From Bacilli bacterium (lineage in GTDB: Bacteria; Bacillota_I; Bacilli_A; ML615J-28; CAG-313), in NCBI GenBank assembly GCA_017463365.1, contig JAFTPH010000038.1, forward strand, positions 329-64,328: a stretch of 64,000 bases of DNA, read 5' to 3'. Both the position numbers and the translations under genes were made by a program. The notes beneath the pieces are model-generated. The model made no database searches. It saw only the letters and a program-made list of their open reading frames with translations, and was not told the origin of the DNA. Positions 9,884 to 21,158 of the stretch are shown in pieces; within the stretch, counting starts at the first letter, position 1; each line of letters begins with the position of its first letter.

Positions 9884-10700
9884 TAATAGTTATCTTTTTA
9901 TTTGTAATTGGATGAATAAACTCAAAATAATAACTATGTAATTTTAAATCAACACCTGTATCTTTACCATATAATTTATCACCAATAATTGGATATAAGA
10001 AACTACTAAAATGAAGTCTTAATTGATGCGTTTTACCTGTTACTAAAGTTGCTTCTATCAAAGTCGTAAAATCTTTTGATTTTAGCACTTTATAAATTGT
10101 TTTGCTGTTAGTCATATCATCTGTAATAATTCGTTTAATCGCGCTATTTGGGTCTTTTTTAATACCTGAAGAGATAACTCCATCTTTTTCTACAATACCA
10201 TCAACAATTAATAAATACTTTTTTAAAAGACGCGCATCTTTCATCAGAGTTGTTGTATATGTATCTTTACTTAAAACAATAATACCGCTAGTAGCATAAT
10301 CTAAACGATTTACAAAGTGAATGCCTGAGGCAATTCCTTTTTTCTTGTAATAGGCCATTACAAAGTTCGCAAGTGATGAATCAAAATGTTTTTTAGTTGG
10401 TATACATGCAAGATTACTAACTTTATCAATAATTAATAAATAACTGTCTTCATATAAAATTTTAAAATCTTGATTAATTGGCGTAATATTATCATTTTCT
10501 AAATCAATAGGAATAATTACCTCTAATATATCTTCATTTTTAAGCAAATAATAATTATATACTGCTTGATCATTAACAAAATAGCGAATTGATTGTTTAT
10601 TTATAAATGTTAATAATGCAGAAGGTAATTTATCACTTAAATATTCTTTGATCATTACTTGTTGATTATCCTCTAATTTAATATTATATCTTTTTATCAT
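9852..10700 (-). CDS. RluA-family RNA pseudouridine synthase
   Basis: [24 protein letters not shown] and PIIGDKLYG motifs. Confidence 0.93.
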   Translation of the reverse strand: MIKRYNIKLEDNQQVMIKEYLSDKLPSALLTFINKQSIRYFVNDQAVYNYYLLKNEDILEVIIPIDLENDNITPINQDFKILYEDSYLLIIDKVSNLACIPTKKHFDSSLANFVMAYYKKKGIASGIHFVNRLDYATSGIIVLSKDTYTTTLMKDARLLKKYLLIVDGIVEKDGVISSGIKKDPNSAIKRIITDDMTNSKTIYKVLKSKDFTTLIEATLVTGKTHQLRLHFSSFLYPIIGDKLYGKDTGVDLKLHSYYFEFIHPITNKKITITSYPDWYLNY

Positions 10701-10832
10701 TATATTACCTCCAATATATATTTTAACATATTATCCGAAAATATTATTTTTTATAAATAATTTTTCGCATTTTATTTGCTTTTTTTTGTTAATAGTGTAT
10801 AATACTACTAGTATAAAGAATAGGTGATTATT

Positions 10833-11396
10833 ATGGCAAATGATTTAGTTACGTTTAAAACTTTATTATCAAAAGGGGAATATTCTAGACTAGCAAAATT
10901 ATACTCTGACAAACCATCTAACTTACAAACAAATTATTATTTTGATACTAGTCGTTTTACTCTTAAAGCAGCTGAAGTTGTTTTACGTGTTAGAAAACGT
11001 GATGAATATGAACTTACTTTAAGACGTAAAAAAGGTTACAATAAAATTGAAATTACTAATATCATTACTGAAGAAGAATTTAATGAATTTGTCCAAACAG
11101 GTAAAATTCCTTCTTTAGAAATTGAATCAGAAATTGGCGAATTAATTAAAGGTCAAACTCTTGTAAATTATATGAGTTTATCAACACTAAGAATTTTCTT
11201 CCCATATGAAATTGGAAATGTTGCGATTGACAAATGTGAATATTTAGGTGTTACTGATTATGAACTCGAATATTCTTCACCAACATATGATTTAGGTAAA
11301 AAGAATTTTGTTGAACTTGTTAAATCCTTAGGTATTATTTACAAAAAGAGTGAAGCAAAAATTAAACGCGCATACAATCAATTAAAAAATATGTAG
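10833..11396 (+). CDS. CYTH domain protein (YjbK-like)
   Basis: QTNYYFDT, LRVR and DYELEY motifs. Start set to the ATG behind AGGTG. Confidence 0.85.
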   Translation: MANDLVTFKTLLSKGEYSRLAKLYSDKPSNLQTNYYFDTSRFTLKAAEVVLRVRKRDEYELTLRRKKGYNKIEITNIITEEEFNEFVQTGKIPSLEIESEIGELIKGQTLVNYMSLSTLRIFFPYEIGNVAIDKCEYLGVTDYELEYSSPTYDLGKKNFVELVKSLGIIYKKSEAKIKRAYNQLKNM

Positions 11397-11454
11397 TAGA
11401 ATTTCTACTACATTTTTTATATTAAAAAGTGGTCTAGAAGAAATCTTCTAGACC
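11391..11454. terminator. Two hairpins between the convergent CYTH and spx genes
   Basis: ATGTAGTAGAA-T-TTCTACTACAT plus T-run (11391-11418) and GGTCTAGAAG-AAAT-CTTCTAGACC (11431-11454). Confidence 0.7.
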
Positions 11455-11461
11455 TTTATTT

Positions 11462-11869
11462 TTAATTACTTGTGTCTCCATCCTTATCAAAACTACTGAA
11501 ACATTCTCGGTTTCTTAATTCCTTTGGTAGAAAAATCGTGATGTCTTCATTATTGTAACCAACTTGTAATTCATTTTCGTTTATAATGATAGGGCGTTTT
11601 AAAACGCTAGGATTTTCTATAATAAAATCTACTAATTCTTGAATTGTCATAGTATCTGGTTCTAAATGTTTTTCTTTAAAAACCTTAGAACGGGTAGAAA
11701 TAATATCGTCAAAACCATTTTCGCTATTGGCTAACATTTTAAATATATCCTCTTTACTTAGCTTAATGCTAAAGATATTCTTTTCAGAATAAGGAATTTT
11801 GTACTGGTCAAACCATTTTTTAGCCTTTCGGCAAGAAGCACAGCTTGGCGTTGTATAAATCTGAATCAT
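11462..11869 (-). CDS. spxA: Spx/ArsC-family redox transcriptional regulator
   Basis: MIQIYTTPSCASCRKAKKW (CXXC), IISTRS, LKRPII, LQVGYN and FLP motifs. Start at 11869 behind GGAGGTG. Confidence 0.9.
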   Translation of the reverse strand: MIQIYTTPSCASCRKAKKWFDQYKIPYSEKNIFSIKLSKEDIFKMLANSENGFDDIISTRSKVFKEKHLEPDTMTIQELVDFIIENPSVLKRPIIINENELQVGYNNEDITIFLPKELRNRECFSSFDKDGDTSN

Positions 11870-11984
11870 ATTTATCACCTCCAAGTACATCTACTGATAT
11901 AAACACAAATTTAATATTTCACTTTATTTTAACACATATTTTTGTATTTTTCAATACTAAATTCGAAAAATTATTATTTTTTTA

Positions 11985-12371
11985 CTATTTATAATACAGC
12001 ATTAACATTAACAATGACATTAACAAGAAGAATATTCCACTGATAAGGAATGATGAAAATCCTGTTTTTTTCTCAGATTTAGCAACAACATAATCGTAGT
12101 ATGTTTCATATTTTCTTTCGTTCTTACGTCTGAACCAATTTATGAACATTGTGGTACCATACACAATCATGTCGAATGCTCCTTCATTGGAACATATAAT
12201 TAACAGACCGATTCCGGTAATTACTACTCCTACGATGAAGAAGGCATCACATAAAACATGGAATACTTCTTGTTCGGTACTTTTATCAAATATACCTCTC
12301 ATCATTGAGATAAAAAGTGTACATAATAATCCAATACCTATTGTAATTAAAATTTCTTTTACCTTTTTCAT
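11985..12371 (-). CDS. DUF3899-like membrane protein at the end of the opp operon
   Basis: Three hydrophobic segments and a GAFD..YG motif. The likely ATG at 12371 is coupled to the oppF stop; the track start 12410 is a TTG. Confidence 0.6.
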   Translation of the reverse strand: MKKVKEILITIGIGLLCTLFISMMRGIFDKSTEQEVFHVLCDAFFIVGVVITGIGLLIICSNEGAFDMIVYGTTMFINWFRRKNERKYETYYDYVVAKSEKKTGFSSFLISGIFFLLMSLLMLMLYYK

Positions 12372-12372
12372 T

Positions 12373-13452
12373 TTATTTAGTTTCTTCGCATTCTTTTTGG
12401 TATCTTTCAAATTCTTCAGTATTACATAATACGAAGTGTCCAGGATATACTTCCCTCATTGTTGGAGCTTCACTAGAGTAATCATGATCTAACATTGGAT
12501 TATAAGTTACTCTCTTACGGTTCTTTTCTGTAATTGGATCTGGAACCGGAATAGCTGATAATAATGATCTAGTATATGGATGGAATGGGTGTTTAAATAA
12601 TTCATCACTTGTAGCAAGTTCTACAATCTTACCAAAATACATAACCGCAATACGATCTGAGAAGTATTTAACAACGGCTAAGTCATGGGCAATGAATAAA
12701 ATAGTTAATCCCATTTTTTCACTTAATTCATGTAATAAGTTGATAACTTGTGCTTGAATTGATACGTCTAACGCTGAAATAGGTTCATCGGCAATAATTA
12801 ATTCAGGATTCATAATGATTGCACGAGCGATACCGATACGTTGACGTTGTCCTCCTGAGAATTCATGAGGATAACGAGAAGCATGTTCTTGAACAAGTCC
12901 TACTGTATCTAAGATTTTGTACACTTGTTGATCAATGTAATCTTTATCTTTGATACCACGAATAATTAATCCTTCTGCGATAATATCACGAACTGTCATA
13001 CGTGGGTCAAGAGAGGCAATTGGATCTTGGAAGATCATTTGGATTTCATTAATTAAGTTATTACCTTTATTAGTACGTCTCCATTTTTTATGGTCAGCTT
13101 TGGCCATTTCAATTTCAACTTTATTTGCTTCATAAATTTCAACAAATTGTTCTTCAGTAATTAAACCTTCTTTTAAATCCTTTTTAGCTTTGGCAATAGC
13201 ATCTTTATAACTACGAGTACCAGCACAAATTCTTTCACCCTTGTAATATACAGATCCACCTGTGATATCATAAAGTCTAATAATTGAACGTCCTGTTGTA
13301 GTTTTTCCACAACCAGATTCACCAACTAAACCAAAAACTTCACCTTTGTAAACTTCAAAGCTTACTTTATCAACGGCTCTGTTTTCATATTTACCTGATT
13401 TAAAATATTGTTGAAGATTTTCGACTTTTAATAATACTTCTTTATTTTCCAT
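12373..13452 (-). CDS. oppF: Oligopeptide ABC transporter ATP-binding protein
   Basis: GESGCGKT, QMIFQDP, FSGGQRQR, DEPISALD and HPYT motifs. Confidence 0.93.
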   Translation of the reverse strand: MENKEVLLKVENLQQYFKSGKYENRAVDKVSFEVYKGEVFGLVGESGCGKTTTGRSIIRLYDITGGSVYYKGERICAGTRSYKDAIAKAKKDLKEGLITEEQFVEIYEANKVEIEMAKADHKKWRRTNKGNNLINEIQMIFQDPIASLDPRMTVRDIIAEGLIIRGIKDKDYIDQQVYKILDTVGLVQEHASRYPHEFSGGQRQRIGIARAIIMNPELIIADEPISALDVSIQAQVINLLHELSEKMGLTILFIAHDLAVVKYFSDRIAVMYFGKIVELATSDELFKHPFHPYTRSLLSAIPVPDPITEKNRKRVTYNPMLDHDYSSEAPTMREVYPGHFVLCNTEEFERYQKECEETK

Positions 13453-13453
13453 A

Positions 13454-15601
13454 TTATTCACGTCCTTTCTTCATACGATTAATACGTTCTTGAATAATTT
13501 TTGGCATTTCAACTTTTGGTGCATTAGGGTGTAATAACCAAGTTGCAGCAAAGTGAGTGTCAGTAATTTCAAACATCGGTGGTTCAAGTTCGAAGTCAAT
13601 ATCTAAGGCATATTTATTTCTCGCAGCAAATGCATCTCCTTTTGGAGGATAGATCATGTTTGGTGGAGTACCAGGAATTGATTCTAATCTTTCTGATGTT
13701 TCTAAGTCAGGCATACTACTTAATAACGCCCAAGTGTATGGATGAGCAGGTTCGTAGAATACATCTTCTGATGTTCCGTATTCAACAATCTTACCAGCAT
13801 ACATTACACCGATTCTATCAGCCATATTAGCAACTACCCCTAAGTTATGAGTAATGAAGATAACTGATAAATTACGATCTTTCTTAATTTGATTAATTAA
13901 TTCAAGGATTTGAGCTTGAATAGTAACGTCTAAGGCAGTAGTAGGTTCGTCACAGATTAAGATATCAGGGTTAGCTGATAACGCAATCGCAATAACAATT
14001 CTTTGTCTCATACCACCTGAGAATTCAAATGGATATTGATTGAAACGAATTTTTGGTTCTGGGATACCTACTTCTTCCATTAATTTAATTGCTTTTGCTT
14101 TAGCAATTTGTTTTGTCATTTTAACAACAAGTTTTGATGCTTGTTCTTTTAAGTAATCAATTACATCAATTACTTTTTCATTGATACTGAATACAGATTC
14201 TGTTTCAATATCTTTTAAATAACTATCTTTTAAGTGTTTTAACACTTTGCAGATGTTTTCTAATTTTAAATCTAAATCAACTACGATTTGTGGTTTTAAT
14301 ACCCAATCAGGAGATTTTCCACTATCAATTAATTTTTGATATTTAGCTTGGTTCTTTAAATAGATTTTTTCTTCAATAGGGTTTCTCTTAACACCATTGA
14401 AGTATTCACGAATTGAACCTTCAATTGCTGAATGGAATACATATTCAGTACTGTTTTTCTTAATAATTAAGCGGTCAATTGCAGAATCTACTTTTTGAAC
14501 TAATGGCTTAACGATTTCTTTTGATTTTTTCTCATTAATTTCACCATTTTCAAAATAAGCTAAAACTTCATCAATTAAAGGCAATGTTTCTTTCTTAATT
14601 CTCATTGATTCTTCATGTGAATACTTAACACCTTTTTCAGCCATTTTAATAAAATCTAACATAAAGTTTTCATCTAAGTAATCACGAGTCATCTTATTCA
14701 TTTCAGAAACATTAATAGAATCTAGATTTACTTCTGGATTTTTAAGTTTGTAATAACCTAATGTAAAGAAGTTAGGTTTTTCTTGTTTTAATGCTTCTTC
14801 AGCAAGTTTATCAACAGAAGAAACTAATTCAATAATTTCAGCACTATTTTCTAAATATTTAACACTTGTTAATTCAGTTAATTTTGTGATATAGTTTTGC
14901 ACATCAACTGAATCAGCAATTACATAAGGATGAATAGATTCAGTTAAAAGTTTTAAAATAGATTTTAATTCATTAACTAAATCAACTTTAACATTCTTTT
15001 TAAGTAATAATACTAAGTTTTCAGCATCTACTTCAAGTTGTGTTGCTTGTCCATATGCATCATTAAATAATTCTTCGATTTTTGTACTTTCAATACAGAA
15101 ACTATCAAATTCTTTTATATTAGCTTCAACTGTCGCTGCATTATTTTCTCCATATTGAGTATCATAAGCATTAATTTTTTCACCTAATAATTTTAATAAA
15201 CCATTAAAGGCGTTTTTCGCATTTTTCTTACCTGTTTTTGCTTTTAAGATCATTGCTTCAGTTAATTGTTGTCCAACTCTCATGATTGGATTTAAACTTG
15301 ACATTGGATCTTGGAAGATCATTGCGATTTTATCACCACGAATTTTGTGGTAATCTTCTTCTGAGATTTTTAATAAATCTTGTCCATCATATAGGATTTC
15401 TCCGCCTTCAACAATTGAGTTCCCAGCTAAGATACCCATGATAGCTTTACTTGTAACTGATTTCCCTGAACCAGACTCACCAACGATAGCTAATGTTTCA
15501 CCTTTGTATAAGTCAAATGAAATATTACGTACGGCTTTAACAATACCACCTTGAGTACGGAATGATATTTGTAGATTTTTAACTTCTAATTTTTTATCCA
15601 T
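13454..15601 (-). CDS. oppD: Oligopeptide ABC ATP-binding protein with a large helical insertion
   Basis: GESGSGKS and MIFQDP at the N-terminus; FSGGMRQR and DEPTTALD at the C-terminus; about 370 extra residues between them. Confidence 0.9.
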   Translation of the reverse strand: MDKKLEVKNLQISFRTQGGIVKAVRNISFDLYKGETLAIVGESGSGKSVTSKAIMGILAGNSIVEGGEILYDGQDLLKISEEDYHKIRGDKIAMIFQDPMSSLNPIMRVGQQLTEAMILKAKTGKKNAKNAFNGLLKLLGEKINAYDTQYGENNAATVEANIKEFDSFCIESTKIEELFNDAYGQATQLEVDAENLVLLLKKNVKVDLVNELKSILKLLTESIHPYVIADSVDVQNYITKLTELTSVKYLENSAEIIELVSSVDKLAEEALKQEKPNFFTLGYYKLKNPEVNLDSINVSEMNKMTRDYLDENFMLDFIKMAEKGVKYSHEESMRIKKETLPLIDEVLAYFENGEINEKKSKEIVKPLVQKVDSAIDRLIIKKNSTEYVFHSAIEGSIREYFNGVKRNPIEEKIYLKNQAKYQKLIDSGKSPDWVLKPQIVVDLDLKLENICKVLKHLKDSYLKDIETESVFSINEKVIDVIDYLKEQASKLVVKMTKQIAKAKAIKLMEEVGIPEPKIRFNQYPFEFSGGMRQRIVIAIALSANPDILICDEPTTALDVTIQAQILELINQIKKDRNLSVIFITHNLGVVANMADRIGVMYAGKIVEYGTSEDVFYEPAHPYTWALLSSMPDLETSERLESIPGTPPNMIYPPKGDAFAARNKYALDIDFELEPPMFEITDTHFAATWLLHPNAPKVEMPKIIQERINRMKKGRE

Positions 15602-15604
15602 AAA

Positions 15605-17155
15605 TTATTCCTCCGCTCCTCTTAATGATGGGTTAAATGCATCACGTAATCCGTTACCGAATAAGTTGAAACTTAACATTAATAAACTAATGAATACGGC
15701 TGGGAATACAATGATGTGTGGGAAAGTATATAGTGCTGCTTGTCCATTAGAAAGTAATGTACCAACACTTGTTACACCACCAGTTTCTAAACTAATAATT
15801 CCTAGGTAACTTAAACTTGTTTCAGAGAAAATTACACTTGGGATTACAAGTACTGAACCAGTAATTAATGTACCAATCGCATTAGGGAAAATATGTTTAA
15901 ACATAATTCTTCTATCTCTTGCACCTAATGTTCTAGCAACAAGAACGTACTCTTGATTCTTGAATCGGTAGAATTGCATTCTTGTACGGCTTGCCATACC
16001 TATCCATCCCGTTAAGAAGAATGAAATAAATAAGACAATAACGTGGTTTACATCTAAGTGATATTTTAATAATGTGATGACAATCATATTTGGAACTGCT
16101 GATAAAATATCAGATACACGTTCCATGAATAAGTCAATCTTACCACCATAATATCCTTCGATAGCCCCATAAATTGCCCCAACAATTAAGTTAACACTCG
16201 CAACAATAATTGCTAGAATGAATGAGAATCTTGCACCACTTGATAATTGTACGAAAATATCGCATCCTTTAGCATCGGCACCAAACATGAATGAAGGATA
16301 TTCAATACCATCTTTTAATACTTCAGTGTGATAATACTTGTAATATTCATCATATTTAACACGTACTTCCCATTGAGTACCATTTTGTTTTGGAATACCG
16401 TAATCGTATTTAGGAGTATCTCCTTCTTTACGAATACTGTTATACATATCATTTCCAGTATATTCTTTATATATTGGAATTAAATTACCATTTTCATCAT
16501 ATTCAATAACTAAACTATTTGATTTACCAGTTTTAAACCAGATATTAGCATTACTTTGTTCAGCAATTGCTGATGTTCTTAAAGTAGGGTCAGTAATTGG
16601 ATAAATTACTTGAATTCCTGTTTCATTTTGATATCTTTGAATATCTAAATATTCTTCAGGACTCATTGCTTCTAAAAGAACAATCCCAACCTTAGAGTAT
16701 GTGTCAATTCCAAATGTGTATTTTGTAACTTTTTTATTTTTTTCATACTCTTCAGTTTCAGAAATATCACCTACAACAACTTTATCTCCAGTTTCTTGTT
16801 CAATAGCAAGATACTTATCTAATGTAACTTTACTTACACGACTTTGAGTTCCTACTCCATCCCAGATGCCTAAACCAAGTTTAGCGAATAATTCACTTTT
16901 TGGCAATACGTTAGCATAGTATGCATCACCTTGGTTAACTTTATATGGTGTTAGCCAAGGTCCTACAATCGCAAATAACACTAAGAAACCAATGATAAAT
17001 GCGGCTAAAATAGAACCTTTATTTCTTGTAAAACGATATAAAGCATCTTTAAAATATCCAACAGGTTTTGTTTCTAATTTCTTATCATGGAGTGTATCAC
17101 CCATGGCGCGGAATTTGAATTTTTCACTTGAAATTTGATAATCTTGTGCTTTCAT
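15605..17155 (-). CDS. oppC: Oligopeptide ABC permease with a large extracellular loop
   Basis: FGADAKGCD, EYVLVARTLGA...KHIFPN and FNLFGNGLRDAFNP motifs. Confidence 0.92.
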   Translation of the reverse strand: MKAQDYQISSEKFKFRAMGDTLHDKKLETKPVGYFKDALYRFTRNKGSILAAFIIGFLVLFAIVGPWLTPYKVNQGDAYYANVLPKSELFAKLGLGIWDGVGTQSRVSKVTLDKYLAIEQETGDKVVVGDISETEEYEKNKKVTKYTFGIDTYSKVGIVLLEAMSPEEYLDIQRYQNETGIQVIYPITDPTLRTSAIAEQSNANIWFKTGKSNSLVIEYDENGNLIPIYKEYTGNDMYNSIRKEGDTPKYDYGIPKQNGTQWEVRVKYDEYYKYYHTEVLKDGIEYPSFMFGADAKGCDIFVQLSSGARFSFILAIIVASVNLIVGAIYGAIEGYYGGKIDLFMERVSDILSAVPNMIVITLLKYHLDVNHVIVLFISFFLTGWIGMASRTRMQFYRFKNQEYVLVARTLGARDRRIMFKHIFPNAIGTLITGSVLVIPSVIFSETSLSYLGIISLETGGVTSVGTLLSNGQAALYTFPHIIVFPAVFISLLMLSFNLFGNGLRDAFNPSLRGAEE

Positions 17156-18132
17156 TATCTCGCCCCCATTCTGATACGTGGATCGATAATACCATATGAT
17201 AAGTCAACTACAAGACCTGCAGCTAAACCTACTAAAATATAGAATGATGATAACATCATAAATAAGTCATAGTCCATTGTATTGATAGATTCTAAGTATA
17301 ATCCCCCAACCCCTGGAATACCAAAGATTTTTTCGATAACAAGTGAACCTGATAAAACCCCAACGAATTCCCCAATGATTGATGGGAAAATTGGAACCAT
17401 GGCATTTCTTAATGCATGTCTTACAGTCGCTTGTGATTTTGTTAAACCTTTTGTTCTAGCAAGTAACATAAATTCACTTGTTAAAACTTCTGTTAATTCG
17501 GCACGTGTACCACGTGCATATCCTGCAATTGATCCAAATGACATTGCAAGAACCGCTGGAATCATTGATACGAACATTCTCCAGCTCAAATATGTTCCTC
17601 CCGCTGCACTGAGCGACAGAATCGTTTTATAAGGAAAAATTGGAACTTTAAAGCAGAATAAGTATAAAACTAAGGATGCATATACAAAGCTTGGTACGGA
17701 AATAAATACCATAACTGTTGTACTGATAACATGGTCTTGCCATTTATTCTTCTTTAAAGCAGCAAAGATACCTAACGCAATTCCGATTGGAACTGAGAAT
17801 AATGAGGAGTAAATATTAATTAAAATAGTTGGTGGTAATTTTGTTACGAAAACATCCCATACTGGTTTATTATAGTTTTCTGGGCTATTATAACAAATAC
17901 CAAAGTCCCCATTTAAAACTATACGTTTAAGATATAAGAATAATTGTTTAGGAATTGGATCATAATATCCTCTTTCCTTAAATTGGTTAATAACAATATC
18001 CATATCTTTACCAAGTTGAGGTGTTGGTTCAAATGGTAACATTTTTATTAATACGAAAGACATAACAAAAATGATTGAAAATGTCATTAACATTAAACCA
18101 ATTCTCTTAAATATATATTTCAACATATACAT
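17155..18132 (-). CDS. oppB: Oligopeptide ABC permease
   Basis: ARTKGL...RHALRNA, IEKIFGIPGVG and DLSYGIIDPRIR motifs. Confidence 0.93.
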   Translation of the reverse strand: MYMLKYIFKRIGLMLMTFSIIFVMSFVLIKMLPFEPTPQLGKDMDIVINQFKERGYYDPIPKQLFLYLKRIVLNGDFGICYNSPENYNKPVWDVFVTKLPPTILINIYSSLFSVPIGIALGIFAALKKNKWQDHVISTTVMVFISVPSFVYASLVLYLFCFKVPIFPYKTILSLSAAGGTYLSWRMFVSMIPAVLAMSFGSIAGYARGTRAELTEVLTSEFMLLARTKGLTKSQATVRHALRNAMVPIFPSIIGEFVGVLSGSLVIEKIFGIPGVGGLYLESINTMDYDLFMMLSSFYILVGLAAGLVVDLSYGIIDPRIRMGAR

Positions 18133-18187
18133 CGATAAACACTCTCCTTTCTAATAAGTTGTTTATTGGTCTATTTTCATAAAGATA

Positions 18188-18213
18188 GTGGGATAGATGT
18201 ATACCTATCCCAC
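18188..18213 (-). terminator. Intergenic stem-loop after oppA (partial terminator or mRNA stabiliser)
   Basis: GTGGGATAG...CTATCCCAC inverted repeat between oppA and oppB. Confidence 0.55.
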
Positions 18214-18235
18214 AAAATCTCTTTATAATACAATA

Positions 18236-20662
18236 TTATTTATAGTTGAATTCTCCGCCAACTTTTGCAATTTCAGCTTCCCATTCAGCATCACTATAGT
18301 TGTAAGTCATATATCTGATACCACCATATGATAAGAATGTATTGTATTCATAAGTAATGTAATCAACTTTATAAGAAATTAAGCTTGCACCAAATTCATT
18401 ATATAGAGGAACAGTATAGTAAACTTTTAATACTTCTTTTTCTAAAGCAGCGATTAATTGTAATCTTTGGCTTTCTTCTAATGTGTTAGAGCTGAAGTCA
18501 TATTTAGCTCCAGATGCACCATTTAAGCAGTCATACCATTCTAATAATGACATAGTATCAGTGATGTCTCCACCATCTTCGGCAACACCTTTCATAGTGA
18601 ATTCTAATTGTTGAGATGAAGTATCCCAAGCCATAGAATACATATAGTCAGGTGATAAGTAAGCTAATAAGAAGTAACCTGGATCCCAAGCGGCACCAGT
18701 CCATCCACCCATACATACATCGTAGTTACCAGCACGGAAATCATTTGCCCATGCAGTAGAGAAGTCTTTTAATTCAACCTCTAATCTACCTTCAAGTGGT
18801 GTACCTTTAACTAATTCAACCCATGATTCTTTGATGAAGTTATATCTTCTTTCAACAGTTGCGTTGATAGCACCTGAACCCATTGTTAATACAACTTTGT
18901 CAGTTTCTTTGATATCACCAGCTGCTAATGCTTCATTATAAGCTTTAGTAACTAATTCTTTAGCTGCAGGTAAATCATAACCTGTAATAGCATTTACTGC
19001 TTCATCTAAGCTTGCATATTTAGAAGGATCTACGTTATAGATTTCACATAATACTTTCTTAGCTTCATCTGTATTTCTATAAACTCCACCATTTTCAACA
19101 TCATAGTAGTGCATTGAATTGAATAATCCAAATCCTTTTAATGAAGAAGTAGTAGTTTTGTTAGCAAATTCAGCTCTGTTGATAGCTAATGATAAAGCTT
19201 TACGGAAATCAACATAACTCAAGATTGATTTGTTAACACCTTCAGATTCGCGAGCTTTTAATCCTTCTTTACTTGATTGTAATTGTAATGAACCAACGAA
19301 ATCACTTGGAGTGAAATATGCTTGTGCAGAACCTTTATATTCATCAGCAACAGTAACGTCAATACCGATACCATCGATTTCACCAGCTAAGAATTTAACC
19401 CATGCAGAGTTCCATTCTTTGATAGTTTCACAAACAATTCTATCAGTTTGATATTGACCTTTATATTCTTCCATGTTGAATCCATACCAGTTTTCGTTTT
19501 TAACTAAAACATATTCTTTACCAGATTCAAAACTTTCTAATTTATATGGTCCCCAGCTCATTGTAGTTTCTTTACTACTGTTATAAGTAGAAGTCCATAA
19601 AGTATTTCCATCAGTAGGTTCAACTTTGTTAGCTTCATAAGTAGCTTTGTGAACTAATGGTAATGAAGACATGTTATAAGCAGCTTGGTATGATAAAGAA
19701 CCATCTTCTTTTAATAATGGTAATGCTTTTTCTAATACGATAACTAATTCAGTATCGCTTTCAGCATAGATACCAACTTCTGAGAAATCCATTTCAGGAT
19801 ATGTATATTCAGTAACTGTGAAGTATCCAATTTCAGCATCAGCCCAAATCCAATAAGCACCTAACATACCGTTTGCACCGAATAAACCAGCAAGTTTATC
19901 AGATAGTTCTTTAGTCATTGGAGTACGAGCGTCACCAGCGTAAGCAACTAATTCATCATAGATATTAGTATCACCAACTTGGAAGTATGCTTTGTAATCA
20001 GCTAATTGAGTCATGTCAGCAGTACCGAAGATTGATGCAAATGCAGAAACGTTAGTAGCATCAAAATATAATCCTTCTAAACTTGTAATGTTGTCACCAT
20101 AAACATCAACAGCAGCGAATAATCCAGATTCACCTTGTTTAGCGAATTCTTTAGCACCTTTAATAATTGTTCCACCAACATAGAATGAGTCAGCACGATA
20201 GTTTTTGAATGCTGGATCTAATTGTTGTTCCATAGTATAAACGAAGTCTTCAGCTTTGATAGGATCTCCGTTTTCCCATTTTAAATCATCACGTAAAGTA
20301 ATTCTGTATGCATATCCTTTACCATCAGCAGGAACTCCCCACTTAGCATCTACTGTAGAAGTAATATCTTCTAATTTAGTAGCAGCAGAATATTGCATTT
20401 CGAATTCACCAGGTACGATTTCTCCGTTTGCATCAAATTTGAAGTCATAAGTGAAGAATGCACTTCCGATATAACTCATAATTTGTGTATCATTTGCGTC
20501 TTGATATGTTAATTCGTTCCAGTTAGATGGAGATAAAGAAGTATAAGTATTATATGTATAAACTTTTTCAACTTCTGGTGTTTCTTCACCACATGAAACA
20601 AGTGTAACAGCAACTAAAATTGCCACAAGACATAAAAATAATTTTTTAGTCATCTTTTTCAT
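18236..20662 (-). CDS. oppA: Oligopeptide-binding lipoprotein (SBP family 5)
   Basis: Lipobox LVSC, LRDDLKWENGDPIKAEDFVY, GPYKL and FRKALSLAINR. Start set to the ATG at 20662 behind AAAGGGTG. Confidence 0.9.
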   Translation of the reverse strand: MKKMTKKLFLCLVAILVAVTLVSCGEETPEVEKVYTYNTYTSLSPSNWNELTYQDANDTQIMSYIGSAFFTYDFKFDANGEIVPGEFEMQYSAATKLEDITSTVDAKWGVPADGKGYAYRITLRDDLKWENGDPIKAEDFVYTMEQQLDPAFKNYRADSFYVGGTIIKGAKEFAKQGESGLFAAVDVYGDNITSLEGLYFDATNVSAFASIFGTADMTQLADYKAYFQVGDTNIYDELVAYAGDARTPMTKELSDKLAGLFGANGMLGAYWIWADAEIGYFTVTEYTYPEMDFSEVGIYAESDTELVIVLEKALPLLKEDGSLSYQAAYNMSSLPLVHKATYEANKVEPTDGNTLWTSTYNSSKETTMSWGPYKLESFESGKEYVLVKNENWYGFNMEEYKGQYQTDRIVCETIKEWNSAWVKFLAGEIDGIGIDVTVADEYKGSAQAYFTPSDFVGSLQLQSSKEGLKARESEGVNKSILSYVDFRKALSLAINRAEFANKTTTSSLKGFGLFNSMHYYDVENGGVYRNTDEAKKVLCEIYNVDPSKYASLDEAVNAITGYDLPAAKELVTKAYNEALAAGDIKETDKVVLTMGSGAINATVERRYNFIKESWVELVKGTPLEGRLEVELKDFSTAWANDFRAGNYDVCMGGWTGAAWDPGYFLLAYLSPDYMYSMAWDTSSQQLEFTMKGVAEDGGDITDTMSLLEWYDCLNGASGAKYDFSSNTLEESQRLQLIAALEKEVLKVYYTVPLYNEFGASLISYKVDYITYEYNTFLSYGGIRYMTYNYSDAEWEAEIAKVGGEFNYK

Positions 20663-20698
20663 AAAATTTTTCACCCTTTCGATAATTTTTATACGAAC

Positions 20699-20764
20699 AT
20701 TATATCACATTGTTTCAAATAAAACAAGTCTTTTTTTGAAAAAAACCAATGAAAGCGTTTCACA
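20699..20764 (-). promoter_or_regulatory. opp promoter with an upstream cre-like box
   Basis: TTGTTT-17 bp-TATAAT with TG extension. TGAAAGCGTTTCACA at 20750-20764. Confidence 0.55.
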
Positions 20765-20884
20765 TGTGTTTTTTTTCTGAACTTTTTCTGCATAATTTTC
20801 ACTATTTTTTGTTAAATTATTGTCTTATTGCCTTAATTTTTTAATATTTTCATCAAAATTTCACTTTTTAAAAAATTTATTAAC

Positions 20885-21140
20885 TTGACTAAAAATATAT
20901 TTTATGTTATACTATTTTTTGAAAACATTTGATTTGAAATAGTAGTATATATGACGATGTTTAGTGAGTAATGATAGTGAAAAATTACCTTCTTATTATA
21001 TATGAATGGGTTCAATGATGTGGAAAGAGGAAATGCTTTCTCGTATACTGGCGTTAACAGTCAATGAGAGTTAGAAATAACTAAATTAAGGTGGCACCAC
21101 GAAAATTATTTCGTCCTTTTATATAAGGGGGATTTTTTTA
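20885..21140 (+). ncRNA. Promoter and T-box riboswitch (Trp) in the trpS leader
   Basis: TTGACT-17 bp-TATACT promoter, AGTA box, specifier GAA-TGG (TGG = Trp, 21007-21009), T-box AAGGTGGCACCACG (21088-21101), then a terminator hairpin with a T-run. Confidence 0.9.
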
Positions 21141-21158
21141 TTTTATGGAGGTATTTAT

